Below are positions 1 to 16,967 of a DNA stretch of 64,000 bases, in pieces. Below the pieces are notes generated by a model that searched no databases, was not told the origin of the DNA, and saw nothing but the letters and a program-made list of their open reading frames with translations. This stretch comes from Antedon mediterranea (Eukaryota; Animalia; Echinodermata), in contig NC_092674.1 in assembly GCF_964355755.1 (NCBI RefSeq), positions 6,200,001 through 6,264,000 of the forward strand, given 5' to 3'. Made by a program: the position numbers and the translations under genes. How positions within the stretch are numbered: the first letter of the stretch is position 1; every line of letters starts with the position of its first letter.

Positions 1-181
1 TTTCACGTGGACAATATATCTTTAAGGAAATAAGTAAATTGTATGTCTCAAAAAATTTGTTTTTTTATTCTGAAAATACATATTTTTAGGTGTAATCAAA
101 ATGTAGAAAGTTATGTTCTATAATGTTTTTTTTTTATTTACCAATTATTAGTTAATAAAAAATAATTATTTTTGTTGACAG

Positions 182-6224
<6,043 letters not shown>

Positions 6225-6320
6225 GAGGGCAGCAGACATAACATCATATAGAGGGCAGCAAACATAACATCATATAGAGGGCAGCAAATATATCAGCATA
6301 AAGAGGGCAGCAAACAACAT
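6225..6320. repeat. 26-bp tandem repeat, ~4 copies, immediately after ABCE1 stop
   Basis: GAGGGCAGCAAACATAACATCATATA unit. Confidence 0.9.
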
Positions 6321-6623
6321 AAATTAATTGATGCTGATAGAAATTATCATTCAATGAAATTTTGCAACAACTGAAATTATGTTGTAAAGTTGATTCTAAT
6401 GGAAAACCAATGTTGGACCTATTGACGCTGAAGTGTCAAAGGTTATATTTTATTTTGTGTAAATGTTCTTGGAACTAGGTTCTAAGAGTGTCTGTGGTGA
6501 ACCTTTTTTTGGTATCTGTTACTTGTATATAAATCTATAGATAAGCACTAGATACAAATTACTCTATGGTGTGTACACAATTTGATGAAATCAACCAGAT
6601 ATTTAGCTAAGAAAGTCTACAAG

Positions 6624-9600
6624 TAGTATCCCCATTTTACACTTTCTCTGGGAAAAAATTAGAAACAAGTGTTTCTCAACTGATTTGTGTCATATGGGGT
6701 CTATATATCCACCAAAAAAAAGTTCCAGCTCATCTGGCCTGGGGAAAGCCGCCATTTTGGATTTTCAAAATGGCCGCCGTAAAATACAGGTTTTTGCTCA
6801 TATCTCCTCTTCTACATCATGCATGGAAATGATTTTGGTGGCAAAATGTATGTTTTGAGGGTCAAGGAATCTAAATACAGCATTTTGAAGTTCACTCAAT
6901 GACCGCCATCTTGTTTTTCAAAATGGCCGCCTTAAAATACAGATTTGTGCTTATCTCAGCTTCTGTATCATGTATAGACATGATTTTGGTGGCAAAATGT
7001 AGGTTTTGACGGTCAAGGAATCCAAATACAGCATTAATTTGAATTTCACCCAATGGCCGCCATTTTGAAAATCAAAATGGCTGCTATAAAATTTACAGAT
7101 TTTTCCTCATATCTCAGCTTCTACATCATATGAACGTAATTTTGGTAGAAAAGTATATGTTTTGAAGGTCAAGGAATTCAAATATAGTATCTTAAAGTTC
7201 ACCTAATGCCCGCCATTTTGTTTTCAAAATGGCTGCCATAAAATTTACAGATTTGTCCTCGTACCTCAGCTTCTACATCGTGCATGGAAGTGATTTTGGT
7301 GGCAATGTTTATGTTTTGAGGGTCAAGAAATCTAAATACAGCTTTTTGAAGTTCACTCAATGGCCACCATTTTGATTGTCAATATGGTGGCCATAAGCTA
7401 CAGGTTTTTGCTAATTTATGAGCTACTATGATTATGATTTTGCTAAGCCTATGTTTTGAAGGTTACAGAATAAAAACAAAATTCAGCTTTTGAAATACAG
7501 TTGGAAAGTGATGACGAGAATAAGTCAATATGTTGGTGATAATATATGGGAACCACAATGATTATGGAGGAGATACCCCAGGAGATACTGTACTCAAGAA
7601 GATATCAGCGATGTACTGTAACTATATCATTCGCGTGAAGAACCTAAAAATAAAATATTCTAAAAAAGTTTGTTAGACGACATTTTAAGATATTTTCCAA
7701 ATCCTAAAGAGAAGCATGGCCAACATGGCCAGCATATTCCAATCAGATACATTATAGATAAAGCAAGTAAAGCAATTTAAAGCAACATATCTTATGTGAC
7801 TGAATGGATGGTTACCTAATACACTGGGGACTAACATAATGTAGACATAAGAATTAGCCAATTTGCAGATGACACTGTGTTTTTTCTCAAACACCAAAAC
7901 TCAATTAAACCGATTATAGATATACTGGATGAATTTTCTATATATTCTGGACTCGGAATTAATTATGAAAAAAGTAACATTATGAGAATAGGATCGTTAA
8001 GAAACTGCGACTATAAAACGTCATCTGAGAAAAGTATTTCATGGACCAAAGGCCCAGTAAAATAATTGGGTGTTAATATTTCTTGTAATTTTAATGATAT
8101 TTCATAACTGGTCTGGATTTATGCATGTAGGTATAATGCGATAACTGGACAAATCGACGATAGTTTATGCCGATCATTCTTTTTTATCCAATTAACATGT
8201 CAACAGTTTATACAATGGTACAGCCACTCTGAAAACGTATATCTAGCTGCTTATCTATCAGTCATAATAATCAAACATGGAGGAGTTTATCTTTTCAGGA
8301 GCTTTCTTGGTTATATTGGACATAATGGTGGGTTGAGGTTTTGAAGTTGTGCATAACCTACTTTAAAGAGAGCTGTATATTCTAAAGCTCTAAGAGGATG
8401 AAGCTATGTATCATATAATGATGACACGAGATGAGGATGTACCATTTTGTCTCCAGATGTAGACACAGTATAGGACAATTGACTATGATGGCCAATATGC
8501 CTAAAAGACAAATTTCCATATGCATACAATACAAGATGTTCCAAAAGAATGGATATCATGCAACATGTTATAATGGTGAAGAATCAGTTTTCAGACACTC
8601 TCACAATAGAGAAAACCTTATGTATCTTGAAATTTGTCTTTCAGCATTTCCAGATATAGCCTTCCACTTTTGGCATTTTGGCCATGACCAGCTGCTGCAA
8701 ATATGAAAGCATACTGTAGATGCTATATCTGAACCTGGAGCTCCCAATTGCACAATCATGCCTAAAAAGTTATACCATCTAATGATACAGCCACAGCTTA
8801 AATGTTCTTGATATCTTTTTGACTTTCCCAGAAAGCTCTTAAGAATCTTTCGAGTTTGACGACAAATGGCAGTTTTCTTTCTCTAACTATTTGCATTACT
8901 TTACGTCACATTGGTTGATCGAAGGTTATTCTGATGGCAGATAAGCAGCTAGATTTAAATATAAATGCAGACCATTTAGGGTGACTAGTGTTGATCTCCC
9001 AGTGTATTACTATGTATTCATAAGATATGTTACTTGCTTTATCCATAAGTTGTACTTTTAACTGCAAGTTGGCCATGCTTCTCTTTATATTTGGAAAATA
9101 TCTTTACATGTCTATGTAACTTCTTTAGAATATCTTGTTTATTAGTTTCTTCTCGCGAATGATAGTTACAGTACACTCTCTGGTATTTTCTTGTGTACCT
9201 CTTTGGTCGTAATCAGTATGGAACTCGATCTTGTGATTAACTCACGACGTTGACATAGTAATAATGAGGATTGTGATAGCGATAGATCTCGGAGACTAGA
9301 CAAAGGGGATTGTACATAAATGTTGTTATTATTATATGTTGTGCCCCCGGTTGTGCCAGTTTGATTGGGAATTTTAAAACTATTACTGTATTTAACAAAC
9401 TGTATGCAAAAAAAGCAACATCTCTAAAGCCAGTGGAGCAGTAGCCTTCAACTATGAATTTGGTCCTAAATGGAATAAGAAGATCTGATCACTTTCGGCA
9501 ACTCTGTATTTTAGAATGCTGATTTTTTATTCAGTAACAATCAAGACATAGACTTAGTTATCAAAATCATGTCTTCATTATTTATATGAGCTACGAAATT

Positions 9601-10267
9601 AGCAAAACCTGTATTTTATGGCGGCCATTTTGAAAAACAAAATGGTGGCCATTAAATGAACTTTAAAAAATGCTGTAATTGAAATCCTTGACCCTCAAAA
9701 TATATACATTGCCACCAAAATCACTTCCATACATTATGTGGAAGCTGAGATAAGAGCAAAAATCTGTATTTTTATGGTGGCCATTTTGAAAAACAAATGG
9801 CGGCCATTTTGAAAAACAAAATGGCGGCCATTGAGTGAATTAAGAAAATGCTGTTTTTCGATTTCTTGACACTCACAACTACACTTTGTCACTAAAATCA
9901 CGTTGATACACGATGTAGAATTTGAGATGAGTACAAATCTGTATTTTATGGCGGCCATTTTGAAAAACAAGATGGCAGACATTCAGTAAACTTAAAAATG
10001 CTGTATTTGGATTCATTGACCCTCAAAACATATACTTTGCCACCAAAATCATATCCATACATGATGTGGAAGCTGATATATGAGCAAAAATATGTATTTT
10101 ATGGCGGCCATTTTAAAAATCCAAAATGGCGGCTTTCCCCAGGCCAGATGAGCTGGAACTTTTTTTTGGTGGATATATAGAACCTATATAACTCAAATCA
10201 GTTGAGAAACACTTGTTTCTAATTTTGTCCCAGATTGGCCCTTTTTAGACTTAAAATAGGGATACTA
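6624..10267. mobile_element. Academ-like DNA transposon remnant with long inverted arms, downstream of ABCE1 stop
   Basis: Termini TAGTATCCCC...GGGGATACTA, 3-bp TSD AAG (6621-6623 / 10268-10270), ~150-bp subterminal repeats, decayed transposase-like peptide on minus strand ~8630-8815 (SRTFKLWL...NWEL...FAAAGHGQNAKSGRLYLEML). Confidence 0.85.
7846..8105 (+). mobile_element. L1/Tx1-type reverse transcriptase fragment nested in the Academ-like element
   Basis: Translates ISQFADDTVFFL...LDEFSIYSGLGINYEKSNIMRIG...WTKGPVK*LGVNI; FADD catalytic motif and SGL.IN..KS motif typical of L1/Tx1 RT. Confidence 0.8.
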
Positions 10268-10881
10268 AAGCCTCCACCTAGCACCTGACTACATACATGA
10301 TCTGTAGTGGACTAAAATGTGTATACCATTATGTGACACCATTCTATCAATACCTATTTCATAGGTTTTTTTTTCAATTTTGTTGTTGAATATGCCATTT
10401 TAATGTCACATAATAGTTATTCACTTTGACCAAAAACTGAATCGAAGAAAGATTTACCCAAAAAACATGTAATTTAAATTATTTTTTGGTTTTCTTTTTC
10501 AGAAGTGAATAACTTTATTAAAACTACAAAATGAACTATTTAAAGTCCAATTTCTTTAACCTTTATTTTTTATGCTTTTCGGACGACAATATAAGGTTGG
10601 GACGTAAATTAAAATATAAATGTGTGCTGCTATTTTGTGTACTATCGACGCACATATCCCAAGCCAGATTTTGCTTATAATTATAACACCTACAGTATTG
10701 CTTATGCATTCATTTATGTTGAAAAGGAATTCAGGAGGAAAAATGTTGAAACCACCTAAATATAGTAATCTTTTAAGAATATGATGGTCTCTATTCTATG
10801 GCAAAATTGTGAAGTCATGATTGAACTAAATATTTCTAATTATATGTCACATTCATGTGCTAATTTATATTTCTTTGCTGT

Positions 10882-10891
10882 AATAAATAAA
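10882..10891 (+). terminator. Candidate ABCE1 polyadenylation signal
   Basis: Overlapping AATAAATAAA, faces the MCTS1 candidate signal (TTTATT at 11008-11013). Confidence 0.5.
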
Positions 10892-11640
10892 ACTAAATCT
10901 TTAAAAATTGTTTCAAGATTTTTAAGTATGAATTGGTCCTGTGTGTGAAAACAAGATAGAAGAATACTCTTTGAGACATACAAACAACAACTATTATATA
11001 CATGTACTTTATTGAAGCATATATAAAAATGTATTTTAGCATTTGTAGTACATTTGTTAATTCAGGATTTGTATTGGTAATCTGCAGTGACCTATTGGCA
11101 CCTGAAAGCCGCAGCTGTTGCTTTTACAGTAAGAAGCCTGGAAAATTTTCCCCAGTCTATCCTCCATTGACATTAAAATATAATTAAATTCATTTACACA
11201 TTGTATCTTTGCGAATTATCCTACCAGCCTTAAAATTCGGAATGATTTTTCATCTGTCATAAAATAAATATATTGGTATAGCGAAATGTACGGCTGTGAT
11301 AAAACACTGTATGTTTGCGCCTTTAAGAACCAGTGATATTTCCCTTAAATATTACATATTTCCATTGTATTCACAATAGGAGATATTTTTTTCCTTAGCC
11401 TAAGTGTGATTGGTGAATACAGCCACTAGTGTATGTAAAGGTAGCACTTATTACATACTGGTACAGTTATCTTTTACAAGATCACTAAAAAAGAGCTTGC
11501 AATATGTTCTTAATACCAGGCCTCGCAATGTACGGTATACTATTAGGCCATCTTGAATGTTCCATCCATTGTGAACTGCCTCGTTCGCTTTCCCAAAGCC
11601 AATGAGGTTGCCAGGATGTGGTGGTAGTTGTGCCCATTTC

Positions 11641-14050
11641 TTACTTCGTATTTTTCATTTGCCATAGACCATCATTGACATAATGTAAATTTTCAACTCC
11701 TATTCCTTTGTTGACTGTTTTACTGAAAGAAAAAAAAGGATCATACTATAATGCACAGGTATAACTAAACAATTATGCACTAAAGGTTGTCAAAACATTC
11801 AGTTGATGAGTTTGTATAATTATAATTAATTTTAAACTCCTATTCCTTTGTTTACTGTTTTACTGCAAAAAAAGAGTAATCCTACTATAATGCACAGGTA
11901 TAAGAAAACAATTATGGACTTAAGGTTTTCAAACCACTCAATTGATGATGAGTTTGTATAATTATCAATACTTTCACTACTACTAAATGTTCAACTCGTA
12001 CTACTTTGTGGACTCTTCTACTGCAAAAAAAAAAGAAGAATCGTACTATAATGCACCGATAAGGAAACAATTATGCACTATAGGCTTTCAAACCACTCAA
12101 TTGATGAGTTTGCATATTTATCAATAGTTACTTACATTTGTTCTGATGACATTTTCATTAATCCTATAGCAATTGCATGTTCTTTACCTTCTGCCATAAT
12201 TGCCTAATACATTATGTTAAGTGAAAAATATTTCTTTTATAAAAGCCTATTATGACACAGAAAGCTCTGTCTACATGTGCCCATATATGGACATGATGAT
12301 GTCATATCACTACCATATATGGGCACATCACAGCTTTATACAGTATGTTTAGTAAATATATTTCTTTTATAAAAGCCTATTATGAAACACAAAACAGCAA
12401 GTTTGTTGCCGATATAATGCCACTTGGCTCAACCAAAATTAATTTGTTTATTAAGGATACAACTATTTCCTTTTCTGGACTCTCTATCATTTTAGCACCA
12501 GGCGATGTGAGACCAGGGCACATGATGTTAGCGCCACTAAGTACAAAGCGTATTGCACCTTTGTCTACCTGTTGGTGGGGTAACATCATAGGATCTGCAA
12601 TAACAATCACGAAAATGTTGTTTTTTTTTCATACGTATCCAACAGAGAGCAACTCAGCAATTACAGGATGGATAAACTATTTTATAATTTATTGTGCTAT
12701 AAACTAAGTCTCATTAGAGGCTTAGGGAGTGGAGTTGAAAGAGTTGTGAGTTACAAGCCTGGCACTAGGTCAGAATTGAACCCTGGACCTTTGGATTGGA
12801 AGGCAAGCATGTTAACCACCAAGCTACAGCTCCACTACAACTACTAGATATTACAGAGAATAGTAGTCATGTATGGCTGAGTATCGGTGTTGAATTGAGG
12901 GTCGGTGTTGCCATTGGGTTGGCCTGAAGGGTTGCAGGCAGACTGCATAGAAGCACTCCCCCATACACCCTCTCCGTTATCTCAAGCATATTTGCATACT
13001 CATCACTTACATTTGTGTAATAATTTAAGTGTAGGCATAAAAATACCAGCTGTGTCCCTAAATAGTATCACCTCTCCATCCAATGCTACAAGCTCTATGT
13101 GGTCATGACTAAAAAAAGACAGCAGAAACTTTATTTTTAACAAACAAAAATCTAGTATTGTCAATAAATTGTGACTTATGCACTTGTCAATTGTATGACC
13201 CATCATATGACCTCTGGGATATTGGAGTCATGGGTGCGTCATTTAGAAAAAATCATTGATGCAGGTGGTACATCACATCAATGAACAATGGTGTGTCAAT
13301 GTCCGTCACTTTACCACCGGCGATATCATAAACAACATGGTCACACTGCGTCAAAATGGGTGAGTCATGGTCACCTAAGGTCATAAGGTATGACACACAT
13401 TGGACAATAGACGCACCTCTCCAGGGGGTCGTATAGTGGGTCATACAATTGCATTATAACGCATTATGCTAAAGCTTCAATATGCGTAATAATAAATAAA
13501 ATTCCAGAAATTAATAAGATTTGCCTGACGGATAGACATTACCATTTGACAAGCACTAATGGTTCTTTTTTTGGAACAATCTGATCAACGTAAGGTGCGA
13601 CGGCTGGGTAGTGTTCAACTAAGCCAGCTCTAATACCACGCGCTACTGATGATTTAACTTGCTGCGTTCCAGAAACATTATCTTTGGCTATGAACCTATA
13701 AAAAAAATGTAAAGCATGCAAAACAAGAAATTAAACATTTTGACAGAAATCATGATTGCTAGTTTTGAAAAAAAAAGACACTGTAAAATGTGACAGTACA
13801 CAACTGAAAAAGTTGTTGTTCTACCACAAAAATACCTCCATATAAATACAAGCACCCCTATCAAGGTAAATTATATTATTATAAAGTATACCTTATTAAT
13901 TTTCAATCAAAATTGGGCACATAATTAAATATATCAATATCATCAGATCTGATAAATTCTATAAATAAAAACCTAGTTTTGCACACAAAATTTTTTACAA
14001 ATTGAAGGTTAATTTATATTCATAATTATAAATACTCACTTTTTAAACAT
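11641..14050 (-). CDS. MCTS1: Malignant T-cell amplified sequence 1 (PUA-domain translation re-initiation factor)
   Basis: Minus-strand exons 14050-14040, 13695-13543, 13108-13011, 12594-12461, 12203-12136, 11722-11641: [13 protein letters not shown]...VKCHDHIEL...[10 protein letters not shown]...[28 protein letters not shown]...[10 protein letters not shown]...[23 protein letters not shown]. Confidence 0.97.
11690..12122. repeat. ~140-155-bp tandem triplication spanning the last MCTS1 acceptor
   Basis: CAACTCCTATTCCTTTG...ACTG(A/C)AAA...TACTATAATGCAC...ACAATTATG...TTGATGAGTTTG repeated three times. Confidence 0.9.
12204..12460 (-). other. U12-type (minor spliceosome) GT-AG intron of MCTS1
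   Basis: Donor GTATCCTTAA (12460-12451); branch-site-like TTTTTCACTTAAC (12228-12216) 12 nt from the AG; no polypyrimidine tract. Confidence 0.88.
12263..12335. mobile_element. MITE family A, internally deleted copy inside the MCTS1 U12 intron
   Basis: AGCTCTGTCTACA...ATATGGACATGATGATGTCATATCACTACCATAT...CAGCT. Confidence 0.75.
12755..12835 (-). mobile_element. tRNA-derived SINE head / pseudo-tRNA
   Basis: Reverse strand TAGCTTGGTGGTTAA (A box)...GGTCCAGGGTTCAATTC (B box); acceptor stem does not pair. Confidence 0.55.
13188..13451. mobile_element. Unclassified MITE-like inverted-repeat element in MCTS1 intron
   Basis: Ends CAATTGTATGACCCATCATATGACCTCTGG and CCAGGGGGTCGTATAGTGGGTCATACAATTG are imperfect reverse complements. 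Confidence 0.6.
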
Positions 14051-14397
14051 AACTGTGTAATATTGAATTGTTAAAAGTAAAATGTTATATTAATTTGTTA
14101 TGAACTGTTTTAGCTACTGCACCTTCCTTTTTCCACAGTAGAATCTTGCTTGATCAGACTTGGCATGACTTAGGTCATGATGTTTTTTCTCAATAAATGC
14201 TTTATCATCAATACTTTTAAAATTTAATGATTCAATAGGTTTTTAATTGTATCTGTTACATCTATTGTACATTTAACCATTTTCTATGAAACAAAAATGT
14301 TGTTTTAGTGTTCAATTGTTCACTTTAAAAAAAAGTTGATGAAAGTTAGGTCAGTGAGTGACCTTTAACCCTATGAAAAACGTTCACTTTGCGAAAC
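14051..14397. promoter_or_regulatory. Putative bidirectional promoter MCTS1 / CWF19L2
   Basis: Head-to-head ATGs at 14050 (-) and 14398 (+), only ~350 bp apart; inferred from geometry. Confidence 0.7.
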
Positions 14398-16933
14398 ATG
14401 TCGCTGATTAACTTTGAGAGCTCGACAAAACTTGAAAACCAGCGAAATGAAAAACGAAAACGCAGAGAAAAAATTATTGATGACGTAAGTACTTGTATAA
14501 TGTATATTTTTCAGTAGATATTATTGCTGTTTCATGAAATGATTTTGTGTAGGCCTGGCCCTAGGCTAGATAAGTCGAGTAGAGAAATATTGACACCGCC
14601 TGCGAAAACCTGCCTTTGTGTGGGTCGAATACTACTACTAGGCCTAGCATGCCTTTGGGCCCTACTCTTCCAATCTGGTTCATTCCAAAAAGGCTACACC
14701 TAGCATGGAATTTTAATGACGGTGGCCATATAAGTTATTATGTTAAATTCTAAATTTATATCCCATTACGCCGATGATACCACAAGTCCACACTGTTCAG
14801 CTTTTCTTTTTTCCCTTTCCCTTTCCACCACTTATTTTTTTTCGTTTGACTAAATCGTACTTACATAGTCTGAAATAATTCTGTGTTTTTTCCAGGCAAA
14901 AGAAAAATATCAAAAACATGTCAAACGTAAAGAAGAAAGACGATTAAAGGGAGAAGATACCTGGATGTTACCATCAGTGAGTCAGAAGATTGCCGACGAC
15001 GTAAGTGTGGAAAATAATTTGTAGAAATTGGAATAGCACAGTTTTTAAAAAAGGATTTGAAATGTTGTACAACCAGGGTGCCTTAAACATGAGTATATGT
15101 GCATCTGGCAATAAATTGTAATTAACATAATAATTATTTCATTTGTTAATAAACTTAAATAAAAAAATAGATATTTTGTAAAATTACTGTATTCACAGGA
15201 ACAGAAGATCAAGTCAAAGAAACCTAAAAAAGAGAAAAAAAAACACAAGAAGAAACAAAAGCATAAAAAGAAAGAAAAAAACAACTCTTCAAGTTCAGAT
15301 GACTCGGAAGATGATGATGAAATGCAGTGGGTTGTAAAAGAAGAAGAACCAAAAGAAGCCCCAGTAAAACCTGTATACACTGTGGCTGGACCACCGCCTT
15401 CTGTCTTGGAGCCGCAGCAGTCACAGGTAAAATATTCTGTGGGTTTGTTTTCCTGGACTAAATAATTTTTGAAATAAATAAAATTGAGTAAATTAAGTAG
15501 GCCTACTGTGTGTATTATATAAAACAATTATTTTGTATTTTACTAGCGAGATGACTGGATGAAGGATTCCTTTGACATGAACACATACACAAGAAAAGAT
15601 TTGAGGAAGGATAAAGATGTAGAGAAAGAAAAAGAAAAGAAAGAAAGGAAGAGTGTGTTGGATAATGTAAGTAAAGGGTTTTGCTAACTACCGTTTCTCA
15701 AGAAAAATAATAACTCTATACTGTAACTTTTGTTTTAAATTTTAATCATTTTCAATTGTTTTAACAGTATTTTAACATTGGCCTATTAAAAGTGTTTTTT
15801 ACTTTATCACATGATACCACAGATTACATTTCTCCAAAGTGGGTTACTTGGCTGGCCCAAATGTCTGGCAAATTGACAGTAAGACATCGCCAATAATGCT
15901 ATTAAGGGATGCACTAGGCACCAGAAATCTGGAACCAACTTCCTCGTTCCATCCGCTACACTCCATCCTCATGTTGCGCTGTGAAACTCTGGTAAAGAGC
16001 GCTTTATAAATGTTTGATATTATTATTATTATTAATTTAAAAACATATTTTTTTAGCCTGGGCAGTGCAAGAACGAGTTGAATCCTTTCTGGAAGAATGG
16101 AGGTAGTGGCCTTCCTGAAGAAAACCCCAACAAAACAAGTACAACAAATGTACCAAAGAAAAGTAGGGATGGTGGAGTTTGGTGGCTGAAGCAGTCTTAT
16201 AAAAGAGCAGTTGAACAGTCAGACGATAGTGGAAAGGCAGTGGATGATATTCTTGCTGAAAGGTTTGGGGTAAGTTATGTGGGTCACTTTGGGTTTTGGT
16301 AGTTCATATACAGTGGTACATGTTGCTTAAATGACGAAGGTCCCAAATCCCAAGAATTTATAAAGCATGGCCAAACCATAGTGGGTGCTTTTTATATTTT
16401 AAAATGACATTTACAGTAACAATGGTACACAACGTATCTCAAAATTGTAAAATTTTGACAATAAAGTAGACTTGTATCTTGTAGTATCTTCTGATATACG
16501 TTTCACGTTATACTGCTGAATATATCTATAAGCTTTAATGATAAGAATGTTGTTTGTCCGAAGACTAGAAAGATGATTAAAATATTAACTGTTCACCAAG
16601 TTGGTATACTGTGGAATTTTTAATTGCTCTAATGGAAGCACTTGATTTGCATTGTAGAAACTGTGTTACCAATGCATTTTTCGCCTTTAGGTGCCTAGTG
16701 GAGCCTACATAGCAAATGTATGCACTGTCGGGATATTTTTAGTATAGATTGATTGAAATATTGATTGAAATATATATTTATACTGGGTAACCTCTTCAGT
16801 CAAAGACTGGTCTCCCAGAGGGCCCAGTTGGTGATCAGTGGCTGTGAAGTACTAATACACCGGGGTAACCCCCTACTCGTCTCGAAAGATGTACTAGATT
16901 CTTTAAAGTGCACACGAGCTAGATGTGTACACT

Positions 16934-16967
<34 letters not shown>

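Noticed and set aside
12755-12835. Possible tRNA gene
   Set aside because: A/B boxes present but acceptor and anticodon stems do not pair; treated as SINE head
15045-15527. 160-aa minus-strand Phe/Ser-rich ORF
   Set aside because: Antisense of the Lys-rich CWF19L2 exon 3
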